This document shows positions 37,163 through 48,090 of a stretch of DNA of 64,000 bases, piece by piece. Position numbers and translations under genes: made by a program. This DNA comes from Heptranchias perlo (Eukaryota). How positions within the stretch are numbered: position 1 is the stretch's first letter; the number at the start of each line of letters is the position of its first letter. The stretch covers positions 10,726,001 through 10,790,000 of the forward strand of contig NC_090354.1 in the NCBI RefSeq assembly GCF_035084215.1, given 5' to 3'. The notes below the pieces were generated by a model, which saw only the letters and a program-made list of their open reading frames with translations, made no database searches and had not been told where the DNA came from.

Positions 37163-37744
37163 TCTCTCTGCCTCGTCTATCACTTCTCTCAAACCCGACT
37201 GATGTGAACTCCCAGTCTTCAGTCTCTGATCTGCTGCAGCACTCAGAACACACGCCTTATATATTCTACTCCCAGAAATCCAGACACTTCCAGCATTTGC
37301 TAAACTTTACTGGGTTTAGGACACGTGAGCAGAAAATAACGGACGTCTCATCTCTGCCTTGCTTGAAAGAAGAATGACTCGGCTCAGTGACACCCTCTGG
37401 TGCAATTCCAGAGACTGCTGGATTGTCCTCATACAGTGACTGCACTCATGGGAGGGGCAAAGTTAATGATTGACAGCTGAGCCTAAGGACAAGATTGCAT
37501 GATAAAGTGGGATTTGTGAAGGAACAAAAATGTTCAACTTAACCTGATTAGCTTAGATTTGGGTTGGTTAAGATCAGTCAGTAATTCTCTAACTGCTTTT
37601 GGTGCAGTAATTTTAAAGGAAAGAGGTCGATGTGATATTTCGCAGCAGGAGACTAGAGTGATCAGAAAGTGAAGTTCAGGCCAGTTTGAAGTGAAATATC
37701 TAAAATTCTGATTCTATGCCATGCAGAGCCATTAATTCCCTTGA

Positions 37745-39137
37745 GGTGTCTGGGACTGTGGCATCAACGATCCCTCTCGATCGTGGGCAAGAACCTGGTC
37801 ATCAGGTGCGAGGTGCTCTCGGTGTTGCTGTACGTGGCGCAGGTCTGGCCCATACCTCGTTCCTGCGCCGCGACAGTCACCCGAGCCATCTTCCACTTTG
37901 TCTGGAGATCAAAAATGGACCGTGTCCGCAGGGTCACGATGTACAAATCTCCAGAGAAAGGGGGGAAAGGCGTGCCCAACGTGGCCCTCATCCTGATGGC
38001 CACCTTTGTGTGCGGCTGCATCAAGCTGTGCATAGACCCTCAGTACGCAAACACAAAGTGTCACTACGTGCTGAGGTTCTACCTGTCCCCGGTGTTGAGA
38101 AGGATGGGCCTGGCCACGCTGCCACGGAACACTCCGTCCAGTTGGACCGTTCCGCCCCACCTGTCCTTCGTGGAAAGGTTTGTGCAGGAAAACACCTTTG
38201 ACCACAAGGTGATCAGCAAGTGGTCCGCACGTAACGTCCTCGAGACCCTGCGGGAAAAGGAGATGGTGGATCCTGTCGGTTGGTTCCCCGAGCAGACTGT
38301 CAATGTCATTTGGCAGAACGCCTCATCGCCAGAGCTTTCAAACAAGCACCAAGACCTTGCTTGGCTGGTGGTGAGAAGGGCCCTTCCCGTCAGATCCTTC
38401 ATGCACTCCCGGACTCTCAGCGCCACCGCGCGCTGTCCCAGAGGAGGCTGCGGTGGAGACGAGACCGTCACCCATCTCCTTATGGAATGTGCCTTTGCAA
38501 AGAAGGTCTGGAGAGAGATGCAGTGGTATCTGTCCAGGTTCGTCCCGAGCAGTTCCGTAACACAGGTTTCTGTGCTCTACGGGCTGTTCCCGGGGACGCA
38601 CACTGAGACGGACATCAGCTGCTGCTGGAAGACCATCAACTCGGTGAAAGACGCCCTTTGGTCTGCCCGAAACTTGCTGGTCTTCCAGCACAAGGAGCTG
38701 TCCTCGACCGAATGTTGCAGACTGGCACATTCCAAGGTCCAGGACTACGTGCTGAGGGATGCACTGAGGATGGGTGCGGCCGCCGCAAAGGCCCTGTGGG
38801 GAAAGGCAACCGTTTAGAGCCTTCCCGCCATTGTAAACCGAGGGGCTGCAATCAGGGAAAAACCCCCTCGGGCAGAATGTAAAATTCAAATTGCTGTAAT
38901 GTATCTGTAATGAATCTGAAATGAATCTGTAAGCAATAATCTGTGTTGAGTATGATGCAATGAGACACCCTAGAGTGTCATGAACTGTAATTATGTCCGA
39001 TGTGTTCATTGAACTGTACTTGACGTAACCTGCAAATTGTATAATCTGTATTGTGTACGTTTGGAAAGTGATATGACAACTGTATTGTATGTACTGCTGC
39101 AAATTTTATGAATAAAGTATATTTTTTGAAAAAAAAA
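37745..39137 (+). mobile_element. 5'-truncated L1/Tx1-clade LINE (ORF2 C-terminus, 3' UTR, poly-A)
   Basis: Uninterrupted 358-codon frame with KGGKGVPN and the CCHC knuckle CPRGGCGGDETVTHLLMEC; AATAAA at 39111 and A-tail at 39130-39137. Confidence 0.88.
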
Positions 39138-39401
39138 GTCTGTAATTCACTGCAGTGCCTTGCTATGATGATCCATTACTGTCCTGTTCTACAATCTTCT
39201 ATCAACATTCTGGGTGCTTTATCGTGTCAGTGGCTGTGAACACGGTCATGAACTGTGACTTTTATTTAATTTAGAAACTTTAAAGTATGCTTTGTACAAT
39301 CCAGGGAGTACAGTGTACCCTTATAGTCACTGTGTATGAAAAGACTAGCAGCTCACCTGTGGTCTTGCTCACTATGAGCTGGAGGATACTCCAGAAATTA
39401 G

Positions 39402-39690
39402 ATGCATTTATATAGCACCTTTAACATAGTAAAACATCCCAAGGCACATCACAGGAGCGTTATTAAACAAAATTTGACACCGAGCCACATAAGGAGTTAT
39501 TAGGACAACCAAAAGCCTGGTCAAAGAGATAGACTTTAAGGAGCATCTTAAAGGAGGAGAGGTGCAGAGACGTAGATGTTTAGGGAGGGAATTCCAGAGC
39601 TTAGTGCCTAGGCAGCTGAAGGCACGGCCGCCAATGGTGGGCGATGAAAATCGGGGATGCGCAGGAGGCCAGAATTGGAGGGGCGCAGAT
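39402..39690 (-). mobile_element. L2 LINE 3' fragment
   Basis: GGRAFSCLGTKLWNSLP motif on the minus strand and the L2 tail gcatttatatagcaccttt. Confidence 0.8.
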
Positions 39691-40289
39691 ACATTGCGTT
39701 TATCAGCTAAGTGTGATGGGGCGGGTGCTGTAGGCAAGGTGATACTTACAGGAACCTTGTGCCATACACAAGACATTCAAATATATTATAGATGTGGAGA
39801 ATTTGGCAAGGATTTGGAGTAGGGCAACAAAGATCATTGTAGCACTTAGATCCCTAAGCCATAAATGACGACTAAATATACTGCCCTTTGAAAATGTTGC
39901 AAATTTTTTTAAATAATAAAGAGAATTGATGAGGTGGATGTGGAGAGTTATGTTGTGCAGAGTCAGGGTACACTATTTTAATCCTTAGTCAGCTAATTTC
40001 CTGATCAATCTTTCATTTATGAAACACAGCCACCTAGTGGAAAAAGCAGGGGGAGACACAGGATGAAAAACTGAGACCTTTTCTCACTCCTGTGTTCTTG
40101 TAATAAACTGGCAGGAATATTTAACATACAATATTCTATTAGCAGAAATCAAACAGTTTGAAAATGTTTAAATTTGTCTCCTCACATTTCACATTAAATA
40201 TTGTTTAATTTACTGAAAATCAACCAAAAGACAGGTCAGTCCTATTGGATGTGATTAAGATTTCAATTTGATAAGGACTGGATGATGAA

Positions 40290-40670
40290 TTGGTGTCACC
40301 TACCCTGCGGAGTTCCCGATCTCAAATACAGTCAACACATCCCAGGCATCTCCCCATAGAGAGTAGAAAGTTCATGCCACTCAAGTAACTATTATTCACT
40401 GGAGAGCCACACAGTGAGTGTTGGAAGACTGTGCAGCAATGAAGACCAATCACCTCCTCACCCAGTGTCCACACATCGGCGCTTCCATCAGGGGTTATCC
40501 TACGGCAATCAAGAGTGGAAAACCTTGCTGACTTTTCCTTCCTAACCCTGGAGTACTGCAAACATTCCTGGTGCTTCTGTCCCACCCGAGACCAGTTAAC
40601 TTTGCTCAGATTGAACCTGAAACCTTCTTGGTCTGTATGATTTAGAGATGACAACCTATGAGCTATCGCA
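40290..40670 (-). mobile_element. Probable degraded tRNA-derived SINE
   Basis: Reverse complement begins gatagctca...cagaccaagaaggtttcaggttcaatc (B-box-like) followed by a GC-richer body. Confidence 0.4.
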
Positions 40671-41324
40671 GGAACCTACAGACTTAATTCAGCAGTCTCA
40701 CTGACATATCAATTCCTTTGTTTTCTTTTTGCAAGGAGTACCATTATTCAATATAATGCTTTGTTGGGGAGCCTGCTTTTATCTGTGGTTCTGATATATT
40801 CATTTTTTCCAAAACTTTAAAATAAATACAAACACATTTACCTTTCCTTATCCAATTTAAAACCTTTCCAAGGTCTTAATTTTGTACAAAATGTTAATAA
40901 CACAAATACTAATTTTCTTAAACATCATGGCCCCAGAATTAAGCTTCTAAACCAATGATTTAACTAACCTCAGTTTCTGGAAGTTTTGACTAATTTCCAA
41001 GCCGTGCATCTGACTTTTCTTTGCTAAAGTAGTAAATTGAATTTTAAATACTTAAGTTGTAAAAGAGAAGAGTTCAAACAACAATGAAGTGAAAAATTCT
41101 GGTTTGAAAGGCAAAATAAAGCCACGAATGATGTCACTTCCTGTTTGGCCCACTCACTCGTCTTTCACTGTGAGTCACAGACAGTGGGAATTAAACAGAG
41201 CCATTTTAACATAAACTGATTTTTTAAAAACAATTTCTTGAAGTATGAGGGTCTGGTAGATTTGTAAAATTCAAAAGAATCATCAGAGACAGTGCTCCAG
41301 ACAAGCTCCTCCTACTTATGATGT

Positions 41325-41407
41325 TTGTAAACAATTTTACAACACCAAGTTATAGTCCAGCAATTTTATTTTAAATTCACAAGCTTTCGGAGGCTTCCTC
41401 CTTCCTC
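41325..41407. mobile_element. 83-bp insertion with 11-bp target-site duplication, resembling a Penelope-like element end
   Basis: ACTTATGATGT at 41314-41324 and 41408-41418. The insert (aacaccaagttatagtcc...cacaagctttcggag) resembles Penelope termini from recall. Confidence 0.65.
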
Positions 41408-41695
41408 ACTTATGATGTCACTGTGTTAGTACATTCCAGAAGTCTCGAATGGTGCCAGCTCATCACTGGCAGGAGTAATTCCTGTTTACTGCAAGGCCAA
41501 GGTGTCACAATAATTTTCTGCTCCTGTGTCACACACATTAAACTTCAGTTAATTCTGCAAGGTAGTGGATTTCTAGGAGTGGTATACATCAGGTGTGTGT
41601 TCTGAGTGCTGCAGCAGATCAGAGTCTGAAGACTGGGAGTTTCCAGCAGCCAGGGTTTTCAGAGAACTGATAAAGAGTTATGAGAGGCAGGGAAA

Positions 41696-42276
41696 ATGCT
41701 GGGCTGTCACATTTCCCACTTTCAGAGTCTGTGCCAGCAGACTGTGTACACACTGAGGCCTTTTCCACAGACAGTCTTTAAACAGCTTGAACACAATATG
41801 CAGAAACAGATGGCAGAAGCTAGGAAGACATGAGCAACTCTTAAAAGAATTTTTGGAGCAAAGATTAAGAAACCAGAACAACAGACCTGATGACAATGAA
41901 GAAGGTAAAAGAGAATCCGAGGGCCAGGATGGAGATGGCTTTTCTCTGTCCCTGGATGTCCAGCGATTCTCCCCAGAAGAACTGAAGGTGAAAGTACTTG
42001 GATGTCAGGAAAGTCCGGACGACAGGAAAATATGAGAAGAAAAGTGATGATGGGAGCGGCTGTTGCAGCTACAAATATGAAGAGTTCAGGAGAGAATTTC
42101 AGCTGTCAGAAGATGTCGCTGCTCAAGCACTTAACTGCTGTTTGTCACAGGACGGTTGGTTAAAGGTTCAAGCCCCACGCCTGGCACTGCCAGCTGTAAA
42201 TGAACAAACCGTCCCCATCAACATCACCTCTGATATAACAGCTACTGTCCAGTCAAAAGCTGATACAGAGAAATAG
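41696..42276 (+). pseudogene. hsp30 plus-type pseudogene P3 (most diverged copy)
   Basis: ATG at 41696 reads MLGCHISHFQSLCQQTVYTLRPFPQTVF...ARKT then stop, caused by a ~14-bp deletion at aagacatgag. A second frameshift (tgtc insertion) lies near 42003. The alpha-crystallin domain is split over ORFs 41787 and 41998, and the TATA is degenerate (gtatacat). Confidence 0.88.
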
Positions 42277-43339
42277 GGACAAAATAATTGCAGCAGTGAA
42301 GTTGATGAGAGGAGCAGGAGAAATGGAAGGGGACAATTAGAACTGATTAAGTCCAAACTTGAGTCCTATTTCCACAGTCCTGAATCTGAGTAAATGCTGC
42401 ACAAAAATCAACTTATGTATGGATAATAAAGAGATTCACTTTGCATATTCCTCGTAATTTGTTTTATTGTTCTGTATCTTAGAATATACGGTTTTATGTC
42501 TGCAGTAAATTGCTTCTCAAATCTTGGCACAAGGGGCCAAACAGAACAGAGTAACAGAAAGGAAAGACACAGAAATGACAAAGGAATCAGTTTTGATTCA
42601 CTCATTATATTGCTAAATATTAGACTAAATACAACACAAAATAAGTTTACTCTGAGTCCCAACTTCTTATGTGTTGTATCACAAGAATTAGATTCCTTCA
42701 AATCATTCACTATATCTGGGAAATATATTCTCTTTATTTACTTATTGGATTTATGTGTATTTTAGAATATTTGTTAATAAAATTATATCCATAAAATGGT
42801 GAATTAGAGGTTGCACATTAGCTTCAGATTCTTGAATGTGCAGCAAAGAATGAGGGAAGATAAAATGTGTGTGACCATTCAGGCACATAAAAAAAATAGC
42901 AGTTCCTGTCTTTGGTTTACACATCTCAAGTGTCAGGCTTTGCTTCACAGAGATGGCCGATGGTTTTTTCAGTCAGTGGTTTTACATTCAGTAAGGGGCC
43001 ACCAAAGGAGGCGGTCAATATGTGCACCAAGCATCAGGTGAGATATGAGCTGTCGGATAGAGGGACGTTGGGTGGACTGCAGCAAAAGATAACAGGAGAA
43101 TGCAGTCATACAGAAACTGCTGCTCAGTCGGGGAGCTGAGCAGAGGCAGGTCCCAGGCCTGAGGGTGGAGCACGAGCTGAGGGCAGGCCAGGATGTGAAG
43201 CAGAACGTAGGTGGAACCCTGGAGGGGAAGCACCCCAGGGCAGTACAGGCTTGATGTATTACAGAAACAAATGCCTAGGAAAAATGTCTAATTTTCATAG
43301 CCACCCCGGCCATTTCAATTGGTTGGAGATTGTGACATG

Positions 43340-43662
43340 TTTCGTTGATTGGTACTTGAGTTTACTGATATGTCTCACTGATTGGTGCTTGCATTTACTG
43401 ACTTGTCTCACTGATTGGTGCTTGCATTTACTGACTTGTCTCATTGATTGGTGCTTGCGTTTACTGACTTGTCTCACTGATTGGTGCTTGGGTTTACTGA
43501 CCTGTCTCGTTGATTGGTGCTTGGTTTTACTGATGTGTCTCACTGATTGGTGCTTGGTTTTACTGACTTGTCTCGTTGATTGGTGCTTGGTTTTACTGAC
43601 TTGTCTCACTGATTGGTGCTTGGGTTTACTGATGTGTCTCGTGGATTGGTGCTTGGGTTCAC
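43340..43662. repeat. 33-bp minisatellite, about 10 copies
   Basis: Unit GATTGGTGCTTG(CA/GT/GG)TTTACTGACTTGTCTC(AC/GT)T; ATTGG at 43348, 43381, 43414 ... 43645. Confidence 0.96.
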
Positions 43663-44934
43663 TCACACCATACACCTTTTTGGTTGACATTCCTTTCAAT
43701 AAACATTGTCAGATCAATCAAATAAAACAAAATTAACAGGCAGACAGGGGTTCACTATTGGCACGGTATTCACTGCAGACTAAACTTCTATAAACAGATA
43801 CACAGGTAATATATTAACTTAAAAGTGATCAGCTACTTTTTTTTTTGATTGAGCATCTCATGCAGCCATAAATGTAAACTATAATTCAAAATGTCTGAGA
43901 GCTGTGAAAGTGTTTGGTGCAATTGCAGTGTTGTTTATGTTGAGACCTATCATTTTCCAGCCAGTAGATGGGGTGCACGTGGGGCATTCATTCCACCAGT
44001 CAATTAGTGTGAACTTATGATTATGAAATAATAAATTACCATGCAATTTTCAAGGGGCATTGTTGTCACTCTAAAAGTTATCAGTATTGCCTTGTATCCC
44101 CATTACTACGCAATGTGATGGCATCATTCACACTGCGATGTTTGTGTGACTTCAAATTAAATGTGAGGATGACATTGGTCCTTTCCAGCAACATGCCAGC
44201 CCCAAGCAGTTGAAACCACTTCATCAGGATGGTAATGATTTTCCTTTCAGTCCATAAAGTGAGCTTAAAAGATACTGTAAATTATTATAATTGCCGTGTT
44301 TGCACAGTCCTGTTGCAGTATTTTTTTAAAAGTATACTTTTTTAAATGAAATGCTGCAAAATTAAATACAGTATATACTTTAAACCCAGCATAATGATCA
44401 GTTTGTAATTCCTGATAAAACAATGATCCAACTAAAATCACTGAATTTTGTATTTTTTTGTTTCTCTTTCCAGTTCAATTTATTTCTCTCTGCTCAGCCG
44501 AGACAGTGTAAGGAGAGCACTGGGAGCATGCGAAAGAGACCCAGAACAACAATAATGCCAAGATGAGCATATCGTCAGGAACAGGCCAAAGAAATGGCCA
44601 CGGCTAGGAAGTGAGTCATTATCATGCTCTATGCTTTGTAATCAAGTCAACAGTGCCTAATTATTAGTTAGCCTGTTTATTGCTTAGTGTACATTAATCA
44701 GTTAGGTTCCACTGGAATAGCTAAAATTACTCAAGTTCTGAGACAAATTGCCTGCACCCCATCATACAGTAATTGCTCATACGGAAATAGAAGTCAATTT
44801 ATAGTGAGCCAGCGTATCTTAAATATAATGAGGCTCGTCACTGCTATGGACACTTAGTACAGGCCAGAGAGGTCTTCGAAAGGAAATATGATTGAAAATC
44901 AAGTGGCAACAAAATGCTTGAGTTTATATAGAAA

Positions 44935-45310
44935 GACGACTTGCATTTATACAGCACTTTTCATGACCTCCGGACGTCCCAAAGCACTTTATAGCCAATG
45001 AACTACTTCTGAAGTGTAGTAACTGTTGGAATGTAGGAAACGGGGCAGCAATTTGTGCACAACACTTCACACAATGATTTACTGTTGAAGTACAGCGATG
45101 GTTGTGCAGGCAAATGTGGCAGCCATTCTAGATTAACAATAACTCACAAATAGCAACGACACGAGTGCTCAGTTAATTTGTTTTCTAGTGGTGTTTGTTG
45201 GGAGAGGAATGTTGACCAGGAGAACACCCGCCCTCGTCTTCAAATAGTGCCATAGGATCGTTAACATCCACCTGAACCAATGGAGCAGGCCGACACAAAC
45301 TCATTTTAAC
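44935..45310 (-). mobile_element. Degraded DeuSINE/L2-tailed SINE
   Basis: acttgcatttatacagcacttt...cccaaagcacttt tail and aaatagtgccataggatc...aacatccacctg (Deu domain, reverse strand). Confidence 0.65.
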
Positions 45311-46310
45311 GTCTTAATTAATATGTAACAATCTTCACAAAGATTGGACAAATTTCAGATTCAAACAGTTTGTCAACTCTACAGGCTAGTAGTAAGGCCT
45401 CAAATGTTTTAAAGGACATCTGGATTAAAGGGCATTCACCTTCATCAAGGAAATAGGAACAGCTCTGAATACCAGCAATTCCTTAAATAGTGTCTGTACC
45501 ACAGGTGTGATTGCTCATTACGACTTCAACCCTAAAAGTGATAGATGGTAGCTGCCCATTGAATAAATGTACATGGTGCATCACTGATTCATTCTACCGA
45601 ACCTATTTTCATTGGGGGATGGAGGGGAAAGAAAACGACATGAGATCCAGTTCTTTGAAATGTAGAAGTAAATTGGTTATTTCACGTAGACTGTGACCAT
45701 AAACCAGACAAAAAAGTACAAAAGCCTCAGACAAAACTTCCCCTTCTCCTAGAGTAGTGCATAAATAGTCTCATTAAAAAAAACTTACAGCACATATCTA
45801 TAAAAAAACAACCTAAGTGTCTGGTTAGCAATTTGTTTCTAAAGTTCTAAGAATATATGTCAAGTGCTCTACAGAAGACAGTGCTTCCAATAGTGCAGAA
45901 GCAAAATGAGTCATAGTGGAATATGGGTGCAAGGTTGCCTGGAGTTTCCCCTCCATTACCTTCAAGGGTCAGGGATATTTCTGGAAATTTTACCAGTAAT
46001 TAAAAGCTTCCCTTAAGAGAGTAAGTGGATCACGTCAGTTCCATGGCAAAGCTAATTGTACATAAGTTGTAGAGGGAATAGGCCTGATGAAGCAAAAGGA
46101 TTAGCATAGTACATTCTTCATTGGATCTCAGATGGAGTGAGGGACAACTAGACTTACCAGTCTATGAAATAATTTTTTTTTAAAAATGGTAAGTTTGAAT
46201 GTAAACCTAGTTACATCTACAACCTCCAAATTATTGGTGAAATTCATGTTTGCAAAATGGATTTGTATCCAAAATAGAAATATTTCAAATGAAACCCAAT
46301 ATAATCAGTG

Positions 46311-46745
46311 TGTCAGGTGAGGCTCAGTGGTGGCACTCTCATCTCTGAGTCAGAAGGTTTTAGGTTCAAGTCCTACTTCAGAGACTTGAGCACAAAATCT
46401 GGGCTGACACTTCAGTGCAGTACTAAGGGAGTGCTGCACTGTCAGATGAGATGTTAAACTGAGGTCCCGTCTGCCTTCTCAGGTGGGTGTTAAAGATCCC
46501 ACGGCACTATTCAAAGAGCAGTGGAGTTCACCCGATGTCCTGGCCGACATTTATCCCTCAACCAGTATCACTACACAACAGATTATCTGGCCATTTATCT
46601 CAGTTGTTTGTGGGATCTTGCAGAGTGCAAATTGGCTGCCACATTTCCTACATTACAACAGTGACTACACTTCAAAAATAATTCATTGGTTGTAAAGCAC
46701 TTTGGGACATCCTGAAGTTGTGAAAGGTGCTATACAAGTCTTTTT
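46311..46745 (+). mobile_element. DeuSINE (SacSINE1-like)
   Basis: ggctcagtgg A-box, ggttcaagtc B-box, gagatgttaaactgagg...taaagatcccacggcactatt Deu domain, L2-like tail. Confidence 0.85.
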
Positions 46746-46935
46746 TTTAATATATAGATACCAACGAGACACATGGACAGAAGTTTTAATTCATCAAAGG
46801 GAAAAGCAAATAACTCAAACTTGTAAGTCTGCCCATGAACTGAAAGTAGCTGTACATCTGAACCAGAGTTTTGATGCCAGCACTTTTTTTAAAAAAGCAA
46901 TAGTAATTTATTCTTACACCCAATCATAGAATGTA

Positions 46936-47070
46936 TGCCCTCCATCAACTTGAGTTCATCCAAAACTCTGCTGCCTGTATCCTAACACGCACCAAGTCCC
47001 GTTCACCCCTCTGTGAAGCACCTTGGGATATTTTACTATGTTAATGCCACTATATAAATGAAGGTGGTTG
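46936..47070 (+). mobile_element. Internally deleted L2 3' fragment
   Basis: catccaaaactctgctgcc...cccgttcaccc joined to gtgaagcaccttggga...ctatataaatg tail. Confidence 0.6.
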
Positions 47071-47071
47071 T

Positions 47072-47487
47072 TCTATCAATGCACAGGCCCCACCAACTTC
47101 CTTGATTTTTTTCTTCAGCTCTCCTACTGAAGAGCTTGGCCTTGACAAAGACTGGTTGCTTGGGTAGTCTTCCTTTGCCCAGGACTTCATAGTAACCAAC
47201 ATGCACAACATCAACAAGTGCTGGTCCTTCGGGTTTCTTGGCATAGTTTAGTCTGGTCTGTTCAACGACTAGCATTCACAGCTTATCCAGATTTATGGTC
47301 CGAGAACAACTGGTGGTTCTTTAGATGATAATGTTACTTTTCCCAAAGTAACCTGGGTGATATTTATAAAAGTTGATTCTATGATGATGCATACTACCAA
47401 TATTGCCACCACCACGTGGGATGCTTCCTGATTTTGTCAATACAGCCACGACCATTGCAAACGTGCCCTCTCAGCTTCCTGGTTTTT
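47072..47487 (-). pseudogene. rpl27a: Processed pseudogene of 60S ribosomal protein L27a
   Basis: Minus strand encodes KTRKLRGHV...[17 protein letters not shown]...NLDKL...[38 protein letters not shown], without introns and with frameshifts and stops. Confidence 0.93.
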
Positions 47488-47694
47488 ACAATACTGCTAT
47501 CACAGTGCATTAACACATAGACAGTTTGAATAAACTTCAGAATGAATCTCATCAATCCACTAGTTCAAGGGATTAAAAATACCCACATGACAAAGCTTAG
47601 TCACTAGATATCAAATTGTTTACCCCAGTACCAAACAGTGAAAGTAGATGCTGGTAATTTTAATATGAACAGTATATACACAAAGTACAAGTAT

Positions 47695-48090
47695 CAACTT
47701 GCCTCTCACTCAAGTGGTTATTGGTTCAACCCCCACTATAGGACCTCAGCACATACTTTAGGCTGATACTTCAGTGCATCATTGGAGTGCTGCATTATCA
47801 GAGGTGCTGTCTTTCTGATGCGATGTTCAACTAAGACCCTCTCTGCCTGTTCAGATGAACATAAAAGATCCCATGGCAGTAATTGAAGAGCAGGGGAATT
47901 CTCCTGGTACCATGGCGAACATTTATCCCTAAATCAACTCTAAGAACAAATTAACTGGTAATTTCTCATTTGCTATCTGCGAGACCTTGCTGCCCACAAA
48001 TTGACTGCCATGTTTGCCTTCACAACTGACTACGCTTCAAGAAGAAATAATTGGCTGTGAAGCACTTTGGGATATCCCAAGGACATGAAA
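47695..48090 (+). mobile_element. Degraded DeuSINE
   Basis: ggttcaac B-box, taaaagatcccatggca, aacatttatccct and agcactttgggat. Confidence 0.75.

Noticed and set aside
37741-38817. 358-aa ORF as a host gene
   Set aside because: No ATG start, and it is the truncated C-terminus of a LINE ORF2 with its own poly-A tail.
43137-43139. Selenocysteine or read-through at the in-frame TGA
   Set aside because: No SECIS-like hairpin or known read-through context was recognised, and there is no evidence that the frame is coding.
43340-43662. CRISPR-like appearance of the regular repeats
   Set aside because: Units are contiguous with no unique spacers, the context is eukaryotic, and there are no cas genes.
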